Source: Anaerolineae bacterium (GTDB lineage: Bacteria > Chloroflexota > Anaerolineae > UBA1429). Taken from it: a DNA stretch of 64,000 nt. How positions within the stretch are numbered: the stretch's first letter is position 1; each line of letters begins with the position of its first letter. Under the pieces are notes generated by a model. The model was not told the origin of the DNA and ran no database searches. It worked only from the letters and a program-made list of their open reading frames with translations. The DNA is taken from NCBI GenBank assembly GCA_040766725.1, contig JAXGPZ010000001.1, positions 2,721,529 to 2,785,528 on the forward strand. The letters run 5' to 3'. The translations under genes and the position numbers were made by a program. Positions 9,507 to 20,032 of this stretch are shown here, in pieces.

Positions 9507-9624
9507 CGCGCCAGCACGGTCTATGACGAGGGCAGCCTGAGGGTTGCCCTCGCTCTGTACACCGCCGTGGTTTTGGCAGCCACGGGCCGGCATGCGGAAC
9601 CACACTTTCACGCAGGAGAGCGCC

Positions 9625-10743
9625 ATGCAGCGAGACCCGCGGCCCTATCGGGATTTCGAGTTCAATGTGCGCGAGCTGGCCGGCTCGATGGGGGATTTCG
9701 GCACCCTCTTTCCGCTGGCCATCGGCCTGATCGCCGTCAACCGGATGGACCCGGTGGGCCTCTTTGTGATGCTGGGCCTCACCAACATTGTGACGGGCCT
9801 CATCTACCGCCTGCCGATGCCCGTCGAGCCCAAGAAGGTCGTCTCGGTGGCCGCCATCGGCCAGGGCTGGCCGGCCTCGATGGTGGCGGCCTCGGGCCTG
9901 GGCCTGGGACTGGTCTGGTTTGCACTGGCGACCACGGGCGCCGTGCGCAAGCTGGTTCAGGTGACGCCCGACGGCGTGATCCGCGGCATCCAGCTCGCCC
10001 TGGGCATCACGCTGGCGGTGCAGGGCGTGCATATGAGCCTGCCCGAGTTCTGGTGGGCGCTGATCGCCATCGTTATTATCGTGCTGCAGCGCCAGAGCCG
10101 CTACGCGCCGGCTTCGCTGGTGATCATGGCGCTGGGCGTAGGGCTGATGGCCATCCGCGGCGACCTATTGCCACACCTGCAGTTGCGTGTCAGCCTGCCC
10201 AGGTTCACCGTGCCCACCCTGAGCGACGTGTGGCGGAGCATGGTGCTGGCGGGCTTTGCGCAGATTCCGCTCACCATCACCAACGCCTGCCTGGCCACCG
10301 CTGCCATGATCCGCGACCTCTTTCCCCACAAGGCTGTCAGCGAAGAGCGCCTGCTGGTGAACATGGGTGCCATGAATGTGGCCTCGTCGTTCTTTGGGGG
10401 CATGCCTATGTGCCATGGCTCGGGCGGGCTGGCCGGCCAGTACTATTTCGGGGCGCGCACCGGCGGCACCAACATCCTCGAGGGGCTGATCGAGCTCGCG
10501 CTGGGCATCTTTCTGGGGCACTCGTTGCTGGCCATCCTCAGCGCCTTTCCCATGCCGCTGGTTGGCGGGATGATGTTCATGGTGGGCATCCAGATGGCGC
10601 TGCCGGCCGCGCGGCTCAAGCGCTGGCCACTGGCGCTGGCCGCGCTCACGGCTGGGGTGTCGCTGCTGAGCAACATGGCCATCGGCTTTGCCGTGGCGCT
10701 GGCGGTGGCCTGGGCCGTGCGCCGCAGCGGCGTCGCTCTATAG
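9625..10743 (+). CDS. putative sulfate/molybdate transporter family protein (MOT1-like, MFS superfamily)
   Basis: AGGAGAG before ATG at 9625. Polytopic membrane protein, with a family resemblance in the MGDFGTLFPLAIGLI.. region. Confidence 0.55.
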   Translation: MQRDPRPYRDFEFNVRELAGSMGDFGTLFPLAIGLIAVNRMDPVGLFVMLGLTNIVTGLIYRLPMPVEPKKVVSVAAIGQGWPASMVAASGLGLGLVWFALATTGAVRKLVQVTPDGVIRGIQLALGITLAVQGVHMSLPEFWWALIAIVIIVLQRQSRYAPASLVIMALGVGLMAIRGDLLPHLQLRVSLPRFTVPTLSDVWRSMVLAGFAQIPLTITNACLATAAMIRDLFPHKAVSEERLLVNMGAMNVASSFFGGMPMCHGSGGLAGQYYFGARTGGTNILEGLIELALGIFLGHSLLAILSAFPMPLVGGMMFMVGIQMALPAARLKRWPLALAALTAGVSLLSNMAIGFAVALAVAWAVRRSGVAL

Positions 10744-10828
10744 AGGACGCCGTCGACCAGCAGATGGCGGCCTTCGCCAGCCCCGCTGCACTCGAGTCAC
10801 CAGGCGTAGAGTGCGTCCACCGCCACGG

Positions 10829-11401
10829 TCAGCGTTGTGGCGGGTCTGTCAGCGGCATCTGCCGATGGAGGCGCCAGTCTTGAGGAGTGGGATGCGCACG
10901 TTGGCACACAGCAAGCCCCAGACGGCGAGCGACCATGGTGTGGTCGAGGCGCGGGTGGGCGAGCGCGTCACAGTAGCGGCGATAGAGGCGGTCGGCATCC
11001 AGCGGGCCCATGGCCACCGTCATGTGAAAGCGGTAGGCGTCGCCATCAAAGGGCGCCGAGGGATCGGCCACCACGGCGGCCAGCTCAGCGTTGATGCGGT
11101 TGTGCAGCGCCCTCAAGAAGGGTGTCTCGACGACCTGCAGCCCCACGATGCCCTGGCCCGCGTACTCGCCATAGTAGAGGCAGTCGAGTGCGATCGAGAC
11201 CGGCGGCAGCGAGGCGACCAGGCGCTCGCACCAGGCCTCGACGGGCGCCAGCTCGTCGCACACAAAGGGCTGCTTGAGGCTGATGTGCGCAGGCAATGGC
11301 AGATGTGGCACGGCCGCACCGTGGGCACGCAGGTCGCGCCGCAGCCGGGCGACGAGCCGCTGCGTCGCCTGGTCGGCCAGCAACGCAACACCAACGTACA
11401 T
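10829..11401 (-). CDS. 2H phosphoesterase / 2'-5' RNA ligase (LigT-like) family protein
   Basis: Two H-x-S/T-x motifs (HISL, HMTV) about 80 aa apart. Internal ATG at 11401. Confidence 0.6.
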   Translation of the reverse strand: MYVGVALLADQATQRLVARLRRDLRAHGAAVPHLPLPAHISLKQPFVCDELAPVEAWCERLVASLPPVSIALDCLYYGEYAGQGIVGLQVVETPFLRALHNRINAELAAVVADPSAPFDGDAYRFHMTVAMGPLDADRLYRRYCDALAHPRLDHTMVARRLGLAVCQRAHPTPQDWRLHRQMPLTDPPQR

Positions 11402-11532
11402 GGCGCACCTCGGTGAGACAGGGTGACGCTCCCTATCATAGCCACGCAGAGCTTTGCCGCCAGGGGCTTGCTGAACGGGGGCCAAGGTGGTAGCCTGCAG
11501 CAGCGATCGGCACACCCACCAGGAGGCAAACC

Positions 11533-12051
11533 ATGACCGCACTCAACCCCACGTTGCAGACGATGTGGCAGCGTCAGAGCATCCGCCAGTATCGCGACGA
11601 AGCGGTGCCCGCCGAGCACCTCAAGCTGATCCTCGAGGCGGCGCGTCGCGCGCCCACCGGCTCCAACCGGCAGAACTGGCGGCTGATCGTGGTCACCGAG
11701 TCGGCCCTCAAGAAGCAGGTGGCTGCGCTGTGCATGGACCAGGCCTGGATCGGCGACGCCGGCGCCATCCTCGTGCTGGTCAAGCTGCCCGATCAGGGCG
11801 ACACCAACGGCGCCATCGTGCTCGACCACGCCATTCTGGCGGCCACCAGCCTGGGATATGGCACCTGCTGGGTTGGCGCCATCAATCGCGCAGAGCTGGG
11901 GGCGCTGTTGGGCCTGCCCGAGGGGTACGTGGTGCAGAACGTCACACCGGTGGGCATCGCCGCCGACACGCCGGCCAGGCGGCCACGCAAGGCCCCCGAG
12001 GAGCTCTTTATGGCCGAGCGCTGGGGCCAGCCGTTGAGTTACGAGCCCTAG
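11533..12051 (+). CDS. nitroreductase family protein
   Basis: AGGAGG before the ATG. QSIRQY..RRAPTGSNRQNWRLIVV nitroreductase signature. Confidence 0.8.
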   Translation: MTALNPTLQTMWQRQSIRQYRDEAVPAEHLKLILEAARRAPTGSNRQNWRLIVVTESALKKQVAALCMDQAWIGDAGAILVLVKLPDQGDTNGAIVLDHAILAATSLGYGTCWVGAINRAELGALLGLPEGYVVQNVTPVGIAADTPARRPRKAPEELFMAERWGQPLSYEP

Positions 12052-13292
12052 CCTTGGGCTGACGGCTCGACGCCACGGGCGCGGCCCAGCAACAGGGCCA
12101 GCCAGGCCGCGCCGATGGCGCTGAGCACCATGCCCACGGCAAAGAGCCAGCGGTAGCCCACCGCCGCCACCACAAACCCGCCGCCAAAGCTCAGGGTCGC
12201 AAACGCCGCCCCAAAGGCCATGTTCGAGATGCCCGACACCATGGCGCGCTCATCTTCGGCCACGGCGGCCATCGACCAGCCCTGGTACATCGATAGCCAC
12301 AGACTGTTGCTGGCCAGCAACAGGCAATAGCTGGCCGCAGCCGGCAGCCAGTGGGCCCACAGCGTCACAGGAGCGAGCGCCAGCACCACCACCCACGAGG
12401 CCCACATCACATCGCGACCCGGGCGCCAGCGCCGAGACAGCCGCGGAGCCGCCAACGCCGCCACCATGGCGCCGATCTGCCCCACGCTCACCACCGACCC
12501 GATGGCCTCGGCGCGCAACTGCAGAGCCTGGTCCATGTACGCGGTGCCGAACATCTGGTAGGCGGCAATCCCCGTCTGCGCCAGAAAAGCGATCACCAGC
12601 AGCGGCAACAGCACCGCCGCCGGCGGCCAGGTCCGCGGTTGACCCGCCGGCCTCGCTGCGGGGCGCTCATCGGGCTTCAATAGCAGCAGTGGCAGCAGAG
12701 CGATCGCCAAGAGGCCCACGCTCACCCACAGGCCGGCCGCATAGGCCCCGGGGCCGTCGGGCGCCAGAGACAGCCAGCGGCTCAGCAGCCCGGGCATGAC
12801 GCCGGCCAGCAGGCTGCCCACAAAAGCGCCCAGCCCGAACAGTGCGTTGAACAGCGCATAGGCCTGCATGCGGCGATCGGGGTGTGTCGCGCGCGTCAAA
12901 GCAGGGAGCTGGTTGGTGTTCAAGAACGACCAGGCGCCTGAGGCTATCAGATTCGAGGCAAAGGACAGCACCTGCACCCACGGCCCCGAGACCAACTGGC
13001 ACAACGGCAGAATGGCATAGCCTGCGACCAGGACCGCCCCACCCAGCAACTGACAGCGCCGCACGCCCAGCCGCGTGCCCAGCACACCCGCCAGCAGCGC
13101 AAAGGTCATAAAGGCGAGCGGCCCCATCGACGACCAGATGCCGAACAGCTCGGGGCCATAGCCCACGCGCAGCACATATAACGGGCGCAACAGCGAGCCG
13201 ACGCCGCGGAACCCGACGCCGTAGAGCAACGAGCTGAGCAGAATTAGCCGGGCATCGCGGTTCAGTTCGAGGCGCAGGCGGCGCAGCGGCAT
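12048..13292 (-). CDS. MFS transporter (member of an LRPLYVLR-motif family also present at 50144 and 51466)
   Basis: 12-TM topology. Shares an N-terminal motif with two other MFS genes in the window. Confidence 0.8.
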   Translation of the reverse strand: MPLRRLRLELNRDARLILLSSLLYGVGFRGVGSLLRPLYVLRVGYGPELFGIWSSMGPLAFMTFALLAGVLGTRLGVRRCQLLGGAVLVAGYAILPLCQLVSGPWVQVLSFASNLIASGAWSFLNTNQLPALTRATHPDRRMQAYALFNALFGLGAFVGSLLAGVMPGLLSRWLSLAPDGPGAYAAGLWVSVGLLAIALLPLLLLKPDERPAARPAGQPRTWPPAAVLLPLLVIAFLAQTGIAAYQMFGTAYMDQALQLRAEAIGSVVSVGQIGAMVAALAAPRLSRRWRPGRDVMWASWVVVLALAPVTLWAHWLPAAASYCLLLASNSLWLSMYQGWSMAAVAEDERAMVSGISNMAFGAAFATLSFGGGFVVAAVGYRWLFAVGMVLSAIGAAWLALLLGRARGVEPSAQG

Positions 13293-13361
13293 GGCATCCT
13301 CCAGACCAAGTCTCTGGATTATACCTTAGCCTGTCGGTGCGCAGGAATCAGGCCGGCCCGG

Positions 13362-14663
13362 CTATTGCTGGTTTGGCGGCGTCCTACGTCTCCACAGCCA
13401 TCGCCACAGGGCGCCCACAGCCAAGAGGATCAGGCCGCTCACGATGGTCCGCAGCGGCAGAGTTGTCGCCAGAAGGATGCAGCTAACCAACCCCAGGAGA
13501 GGCACCCCGTCGGGATAGAGCTTGTCCTCGCGAGGCATGCGCCATGCTGCCAGGTTGGCCACGCCATAGTAGAACAGGATGGCGAACGAGGCCGCGGCCA
13601 CGATCGACTCTAGCGTGCCAAAGAGCGCCACGGTGATGGCCACCAGCCCGGTGAGCACGATGGCTCGATCAGGCACACCAAAGCGCGCATCGACGTGGCC
13701 CATCGCGGCGGGCAGGTCGCCACGCCGCGCCATGGCATAGAGCATGCGGCTGATGCCGAGGAGCTGGCTCAGCAGCACGCCCAGCATCGCCACCGTGGCG
13801 CCCGCAGCCACCGCCTGGCCCACGCCTGGCAGCCTGAACGACGCGGCCGCGCGCTGCAGTGGCGCACTGGTGCCCGCCAGGGCCTCGGCGCCGACGCCGC
13901 CAACTGCCACCAGCGACACCAGCACATAGAGCAGCGAGGCGATGCCGAGCGAAATGGCGATGGCTCGCGGGATGGTGCGTCGGGGCGCCTGCACCTCCTC
14001 ACCCAACGTGGCCAGTCGAGCGTAGCCGGTATAGGCGAAAAAGAGCAGGGCCGCCGACCGCAGCACGCCGCGAGCGCCCTGGGGCGCAAAGGGCCTCAGG
14101 TTGGCGACGTCGAACGCCGGCGCCCCGGCGACGATCAGGTAGACGAGCGCGCCCACCGAAACCACCACGATGGCGAGGTTCAGGCGGCCGGCCTTCTTGA
14201 TGCCGACCAGGTTGACGGCCGTGAGCACGACGATGCTGCTCACAGCGACCAGCCGCCCGGGCAGCCCGGGCCAGAGCGCCGATAGGTAGCCGGCAAAGCC
14301 CAGTGCCACGGTGCCGGCCGCCGCCAGCTTGCTGGCCAGAAACATCCAGCCGGCGCCAAAGCCAGCCCATGGGTGCAGCACCTGATAGCCATACTCGTAG
14401 GTGCCACCGGCCTGCGGATAGGTGGCCGCCAGTTGCGCCGAGCTCAGCGCGTTGCACGCCGCCACCAGCCCCGCGATGGCCAGGCCCACCACGAACGCCG
14501 GGCCCGCTACGCCCGCGGCCACACCCGTGACCACATAGATGCCAGCGCCGATGATGGCCCCCAGGCCCACCGCCACGGCATCCAGCAGGGTTAGCTCGCG
14601 CCGCAGCGTGTTGGGCAAGAGGCCCGCCTGGGCGCCTGCACCCGCATCGTTGTGCTCGACCAT
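13362..14663 (-). CDS. APC family amino acid permease
   Basis: Polytopic membrane protein with APC-like blocks GAGIYVVTG and FAYTGY. Internal ATG at 14663. Confidence 0.8.
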   Translation of the reverse strand: MVEHNDAGAGAQAGLLPNTLRRELTLLDAVAVGLGAIIGAGIYVVTGVAAGVAGPAFVVGLAIAGLVAACNALSSAQLAATYPQAGGTYEYGYQVLHPWAGFGAGWMFLASKLAAAGTVALGFAGYLSALWPGLPGRLVAVSSIVVLTAVNLVGIKKAGRLNLAIVVVSVGALVYLIVAGAPAFDVANLRPFAPQGARGVLRSAALLFFAYTGYARLATLGEEVQAPRRTIPRAIAISLGIASLLYVLVSLVAVGGVGAEALAGTSAPLQRAAASFRLPGVGQAVAAGATVAMLGVLLSQLLGISRMLYAMARRGDLPAAMGHVDARFGVPDRAIVLTGLVAITVALFGTLESIVAAASFAILFYYGVANLAAWRMPREDKLYPDGVPLLGLVSCILLATTLPLRTIVSGLILLAVGALWRWLWRRRTPPNQQ

Positions 14664-14825
14664 GCCCTCACCCCCCAGCGCACGGTTGTGTCCAACCGCG
14701 ATCTCCGAACGGCCCTGCCGACGATGGCCGGCGTCGTCGCGGCAAGAGCTCCTAACAGCAAAAGGCGTGGCTTGTACAGCCACGCCTCGAGCATGCGATA
14801 TTACGGCCCGGTTGTTGGCGTGTGC

Positions 14826-15050
14826 CTATTTGAAGCGGTAGACGATGCGCCCCTTGGTCAGGTCATAGGGCGAGAGTTCGACGCGTACGCGATCCCCTTT
14901 GAGGATGCGGATATAGTACTTGCGCATCTTGCCCGAGATATAGGCCAGCACCTCGTGTCCATTGTCCAGCTCCACACGGAACTGGGTGTTGGGCAACGGC
15001 TCGGTGACCGTCCCTTCTACCGCGATCTTTTCCTTCGAGTCCTTGAGCAT
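14826..15050 (-). CDS. infA: translation initiation factor IF-1
   Basis: [15 protein letters not shown]...[45 protein letters not shown] is the S1-like IF-1 sequence. About 74 aa from the internal ATG. Confidence 0.9.
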   Translation of the reverse strand: MLKDSKEKIAVEGTVTEPLPNTQFRVELDNGHEVLAYISGKMRKYYIRILKGDRVRVELSPYDLTKGRIVYRFK

Positions 15051-15406
15051 CCGGTGATATAGCTCCCTCTTGTGCCGCAGCCCGGTCTTTCCGCCGAGCC
15101 ACCAGTACATATTATACCTCGTAACGACGTTTGAGTCAACGGCATCGAGGCGGATGTCTTTAGAAACGAGCCAGGATCACGTCGACCATATGCCGTGAGG
15201 TGAGCATGCCCAGCGTGGCGGCGCTGCGTGTCTGCCGGCAGCATGGACGCAGCATGGCATGTGAGAACGGCGCCCTCTGGCGCACTGCTCGGGTGGCAAC
15301 CACCGCTTGCCGGCCGACCGGCCTGGCACCATCAGCACAGGTCGCTACCATCATCGCGGGCGCCACCGCTGGAGATGGCGCCCGCACGAGATCCCTGGCC
15401 GAGACG

Positions 15407-16123
15407 CTAGGCGTCTGGTGGTGCGGGCACCACCAGCAGGTTGTCGCCCGCCAATCCTTGATAGGCTCCGGCCGCTTTGAGCGACGGCACTTCGGGGTGC
15501 GCCAGCAGCCACTTGTTGACGGCAAAGAGCAGCCGATTCTCGCCCACCGGGGGCACCTCAAAGCTCAACGGCTCATTGGTGAACTTGGGCAGATACACCA
15601 GCGTGGCAAAGCTGCCCCCTTGCGCACAGTGGATCGGCGCATAGTGCAGATTCCAAGGCGATAACTCGACCACGGCGCCCGCCGGCGCAAAAAAGGCCGC
15701 CACCTGCGCGGTGTCATAGCTGATCTGGCCGAGCCGCTCATCGTCGCCCCAGCAGATGTCCTGCACATGGCCCACCAGCAGCAGCACATCGGTGAGGCAC
15801 ACATTCACCTCGCTGCCGCGGTGATACTCGAGCGCGTTCAGGACCAGATTCTGCCCATAGCACCAGCCCACCTGTGTGGGCATGCCGCCAAAGACCTCCT
15901 GGATGATGGCGCGGTTGAACAGGCTCGCCGCTTCGAGCGCCTCTACCGATGGCTCGTAGGCCACGCCGTCGACAGCCGGCAGCATCTGGCTGGCCCGCGA
16001 GATCATCTCGCTCGGATCATACGCTGTCAACAGGCGGCCATAGCGCCGAAAGGCAGGGTCGCCCACCGGCAGGATGTCGAGGCCGGGGTTGGCAGCGCGC
16101 AAGCGATGAAACAGCTCGGTCAT
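15407..16123 (-). CDS. conserved hypothetical protein (possibly cupin/DUF4867-like)
   Basis: 238-aa ORF with protein-like composition. No recognisable catalytic motif. Confidence 0.5.
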   Translation of the reverse strand: MTELFHRLRAANPGLDILPVGDPAFRRYGRLLTAYDPSEMISRASQMLPAVDGVAYEPSVEALEAASLFNRAIIQEVFGGMPTQVGWCYGQNLVLNALEYHRGSEVNVCLTDVLLLVGHVQDICWGDDERLGQISYDTAQVAAFFAPAGAVVELSPWNLHYAPIHCAQGGSFATLVYLPKFTNEPLSFEVPPVGENRLLFAVNKWLLAHPEVPSLKAAGAYQGLAGDNLLVVPAPPDA

Positions 16124-16135
16124 TGCAGCTCCTCC

Positions 16136-18442
16136 CTAGCGTTGCTCCAAACGCATCACAGGCGTCAGGGTGATCTCTTCGCCGGGGTGCATGTGCCGGC
16201 GGATGATGCCCGCGCCGATCCAGGTGGCGGGCTGCTCGTCACGGCTGCTGATCATGGCCACGGCGCTGTCGTTGAAGGGCAGCGCCATGCGCAGCTCGGT
16301 TTCGTCGGTGGCCAACACGCGCACCCAGCGCGTCACGCCATCCACCCGCTCAGCCGAGACGATCAGGCCGCCCTCGGCGCGAAAGCGCAGCAGGCGCACC
16401 AGGCGCCAGTCGCCGGGCACCGCGGGAAAGACGCGCAACACGCCACGGCTGGTGTGCAGCATCATTTCTTGCAGCGCCGCGGTGAGGCCCAGGCCACCGT
16501 CGAGCTGCATCGTGACCGCGTCGGGCCCCATGGCGGTCAGCCCCTCGAGCCGCGGAAAGATCAGCGGTCCACCGTTGGGTGTGGTGAACGCGCGTCGAAA
16601 GGCCTCGAGGTTCAGGGCGGCCCCGTTGCCCATGCCCAGACGCGCCATGAGCAGCGCCGCCCAGGGGAACGACCAGCCACACCACTCGCCCTTGCCGGCC
16701 CTCGTCAGCCGGTCGAGGGAACGCGCCACGAGCTGCAGCAACTCACGGCTGCGGCGCAGGTCGAACAGGTCGAGCGGGTAGAGGCCGATGAGGTGTGAAA
16801 AGTGCCGGTGCGAGGTGACGGGCGTGAGCCCCTCCCACACAGCGATCTCTGCTTGCTCCGGGTCGGCGGGCTCGCCTGCCCAGTCGCCCGCTTGCGGCCC
16901 GCCACCCCCCACAGCGAACATGGGCAGGCGGTTGCGCAGGCTCTGGCAGCGCGCCACGATGGGGTCGTCGAGCCCCAGCTCATGCGCCGCATCGGGCACG
17001 GCCCTCGCGAGAGCGTGGATCAGGGCGAGCTGGTAGCTCGCATTGCGGCCCCAGGCATCGGGCGCGCGTCCGCCCCACTCGGCCGATACGCCCAGGGGCA
17101 GCGACAGGCGTCCGTCCGCCTGCTCGACGAGCATTTCCTCATACACCCGTAGCGCTCCCCGCATAAAGGGATAGGCGAGGTCGCGCAGAAACTCGCGGTC
17201 GAGGGTGAACCGATAGTAGCGCCACATCAGATGGCCCAGCCAGGCGGTGCAGCCGTGGTCCACGTGCCCCGTCCAGAACCCGCCCATGGCCACGCCACGG
17301 TCATCCACGGCGTGCGGCAGGCTGTAGCCGTCGTCGATGCCCACCAGGCGCCGGGCATTATCGGCGAGCCGCGGCAGCCAGCCGCGCACCATCGCCCACA
17401 ACGGCTCGAGGCTGCTGGGCCAGTTGCCCGCCAGTGCCGGCCAGTGGCACATCTGCACGTTGATGTTGAAATGATAGTCGCCCTGCCAGGGCGCCAGACG
17501 GTCGTCCTCGATCCACGGGCCCTGCAAGCCCATGGCAGGCCCGCCCGCCATGCTCGCACAGGCCAGGCGATACATGCCCACATCGTACAGCGACTGGTAG
17601 GTGGGATCGTCGAGCTGCAGACGCGCACAGTGGGCCCAGAAGTAGCGCCACCAGGCGGCCTCATCATCGGCCAACTGGTCAAAGCCGCAATCTCGCGCTG
17701 CCGAAACAGCCCTGGTGGCGCGCTCCCAGGCCAGGTCTGCTGTAGAGCCAGGCTCGGCGGCGATGTAGATGGTGACGTGTCCCTCGCCATCGTCGCTTAC
17801 CAGATAGGCCACCGCCATGGCCGGGTCATGTGGCAACGCCTGCACCCAGCCGGTGACATGGTCACCGCTACGCAGCTCGGGGCGGCCGAGGCCGTGGCCG
17901 TCCAGGTAGGTCTGCACTTCGCCGGGCGCTGCACCAGCGGGGCGCAGCTTGGGATTGACCTGCTGAAAGCAGCAGCCGTGCATGCGCAGCGCCAGCAGTG
18001 CACCCTTGCGAGGCACCACCGCTTCTACGTTGACCCGTGACGGCCCCTGTACAATGACCCCTGCGCAGCCGGCGGCCAGGTCCAGGCTGCCGTCGCCCAG
18101 CGTCAGCAGCTCGGGAAAGACCAGCTCGATCCGCCCCATGGGCAGGCGGGTGGGTCGCTCTGGCGTCTGCCCGGCCTCGTCGCGCCCCTCAAACACCCTG
18201 ATGAGCTCGCGCTCGTTGCCCGCCGACGCCCAGGCCAGCAGGTTATCCCAGGTGGCTTCGGGGCCAGGATCAAAGCCGGTCTCGTGATGCCAGTAGTCTG
18301 CACGGTTGATGGTTAGCCGCAGCGTGTTGCCACTGCCCCAGAGCAGGGCTCCAAAGAGACCATTCCCCAGCGGCAAACCGTCATGGGCCGTCGCCACAGG
18401 AAAGCGCCATTCGACCGGCGCTGGCGAACGAAAGACGTCCAT
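16136..18442 (-). CDS. glycoside hydrolase family 95-like protein (alpha-L-fucosidase family)
   Basis: N-terminal LPLGNGLFGALLWG motif typical of GH95. Size about 770 aa. Confidence 0.65.
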   Translation of the reverse strand: MDVFRSPAPVEWRFPVATAHDGLPLGNGLFGALLWGSGNTLRLTINRADYWHHETGFDPGPEATWDNLLAWASAGNERELIRVFEGRDEAGQTPERPTRLPMGRIELVFPELLTLGDGSLDLAAGCAGVIVQGPSRVNVEAVVPRKGALLALRMHGCCFQQVNPKLRPAGAAPGEVQTYLDGHGLGRPELRSGDHVTGWVQALPHDPAMAVAYLVSDDGEGHVTIYIAAEPGSTADLAWERATRAVSAARDCGFDQLADDEAAWWRYFWAHCARLQLDDPTYQSLYDVGMYRLACASMAGGPAMGLQGPWIEDDRLAPWQGDYHFNINVQMCHWPALAGNWPSSLEPLWAMVRGWLPRLADNARRLVGIDDGYSLPHAVDDRGVAMGGFWTGHVDHGCTAWLGHLMWRYYRFTLDREFLRDLAYPFMRGALRVYEEMLVEQADGRLSLPLGVSAEWGGRAPDAWGRNASYQLALIHALARAVPDAAHELGLDDPIVARCQSLRNRLPMFAVGGGGPQAGDWAGEPADPEQAEIAVWEGLTPVTSHRHFSHLIGLYPLDLFDLRRSRELLQLVARSLDRLTRAGKGEWCGWSFPWAALLMARLGMGNGAALNLEAFRRAFTTPNGGPLIFPRLEGLTAMGPDAVTMQLDGGLGLTAALQEMMLHTSRGVLRVFPAVPGDWRLVRLLRFRAEGGLIVSAERVDGVTRWVRVLATDETELRMALPFNDSAVAMISSRDEQPATWIGAGIIRRHMHPGEEITLTPVMRLEQR

Positions 18443-18516
18443 CGTGGCCACCCCTTTCACAGACCGCGCCAATCCTAGCCCAAAACCCACCCACTGTCAC
18501 GGGCGCTCTACTACGA

Positions 18517-19311
18517 CTAGCTCACATGGCGCCGCACGAACTGCAGGGTCAGCGCCACGGTGACCAACGACACCGCCAGCGCTGCCAGCGTGCTCGCCAC
18601 CAACCCCATCTGCGCCGACCAGAACCGAAACGCCGCCACATACACGACGACGTTGATCAGGGCGCTGACCAGCATCGAGGTGGTCATGCCGCGGGCAAAG
18701 GGGGCGCCCGCCTGTCGCGAGGCAATGAGCAGCGTGGAGGTGAAAACCGCCGGAAATGCGCCCATGGCCGCCCCCACCACAGGCCCTCCGACGCGTGCCA
18801 TTCCCACCGTCAGTGCAATGATACTACCTGCCAGCAAACCGCGCCACAGGATCGAGCCCCAGGTGTAGCGCACCTGGTACCCTGCCGCAGCCCGCACGGC
18901 CAGCCCGTGCTCCAGAACCAGATAGCCGCCTACCAGGGCCACCGCCACCACGATCAGGTTGAGGCCAAAGGGCGTGCGGGGCAGCAGCAGCACCGCGCCC
19001 TGCCCCAGCGCCCACGCGCCCACCGCCCCGCCCAGCGCTGCTGCGGCGCCGTAGCGCGCCAGCGCGGCATAGGCGATCAGGTAGAGGGCGTTGACGCTGA
19101 ACGCCAGGGGAAAGGCCGTCGTCGTCTCACGGGCCGTGGCGAGCCCGTCGCTCCAGCCGATGAACAGCAACGCCACCACGATGGTCGACGGCACGCCGCC
19201 CAGGAACCCGCCGATGCGGCTGCCAAAACGCTCTGCCACCACGGTCGTCAGGGTGATCCAGAGCCCGCCCACGAGAAAGCTCAGTCCGAGCTTGTACCAG
19301 AAGGGATCCAA
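18517..19311 (-). CDS. membrane protein (tandem DUF3147-like)
   Basis: Hydrophobic repeated halves. Possible TTG start preceded by AAGGAG. The N-terminal extension of the ORF is low-complexity. Confidence 0.5.
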   Translation of the reverse strand: MDPFWYKLGLSFLVGGLWITLTTVVAERFGSRIGGFLGGVPSTIVVALLFIGWSDGLATARETTTAFPLAFSVNALYLIAYAALARYGAAAALGGAVGAWALGQGAVLLLPRTPFGLNLIVVAVALVGGYLVLEHGLAVRAAAGYQVRYTWGSILWRGLLAGSIIALTVGMARVGGPVVGAAMGAFPAVFTSTLLIASRQAGAPFARGMTTSMLVSALINVVVYVAAFRFWSAQMGLVASTLAALAVSLVTVALTLQFVRRHVS

Positions 19312-19462
19312 GGCGCTCCTTTGCTCAGTTGGTGCGGCCCTGCTCAGAGGTGCGACCGCCGCGCTGGGCCTAGAGGACGCGCGCCACCCGCTCAGAGCGA
19401 TCGATCTCGCCGATGCGGCCAGGCTCCTGGGGGGCCAGCGCACGGTAGGTGATCATCATCTG

Positions 19463-20032
19463 TCAGGTGGCCGCCACGCTGAGATGCTCGATCAGGATGC
19501 GGATGCCAATAGAGATCAGCACCACGCCGCCTACGGCGGGGGTCCACTCGCGCAACCAGTCGCCGGCCCGGCGCCCGAGGTAGACGCCTGCCACCGACAG
19601 CACCAAACACACCACCCCGATGACGGCTGCGGGCACCGCGATACCGACGCCCAAAAAGGCGAGAGAGATGCCCACCGCGAGCGCGTCGATGCTGGTGGCC
19701 AGGCCCAGCAGTGCGAGCACGCGCCAGCTATCGAGCGACAGGAACTCGCACTTGCCGTCGCCGCGTAACGCCTCCCACAACATCTTGCCGCCGATCACAG
19801 CCAGCAGCCCAAAGGCGATCCAGTGGTCGACGTTCTCCACATAGCCCGCCAGCAGCGAGGCCCCTACCCAGCCGATGGCCGGCATCAGCGCCTGAAAGCC
19901 GCCCATGGTGAACCCTACGCGCAGGGCCTGCCTGACGTCGACCCGCCCGTTCAGCGCCCCTGAGCAGACCGAAACCGAGAACGAGTCCATCGCCAGCCCG
20001 AGGGCGATGAGCAAAGTGGTTGCCAGTGTCAT
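19463..20032 (-). CDS. mntP: manganese efflux pump MntP
   Basis: 189 aa, MntP/YebN-like with LAMDSFSVS and IDALAVGISL repeats. Confidence 0.85.
   Translation of the reverse strand: MTLATTLLIALGLAMDSFSVSVCSGALNGRVDVRQALRVGFTMGGFQALMPAIGWVGASLLAGYVENVDHWIAFGLLAVIGGKMLWEALRGDGKCEFLSLDSWRVLALLGLATSIDALAVGISLAFLGVGIAVPAAVIGVVCLVLSVAGVYLGRRAGDWLREWTPAVGGVVLISIGIRILIEHLSVAAT

Noticed and set aside
15767-18040. Long plus-strand ORFs (15767-16798, 16170-16781, 17231-18040) antisense to the GH95 gene and its upstream neighbour
   Set aside because: Shadow ORFs within confidently called minus-strand genes. Composition is dominated by A/R/G/H/Q.
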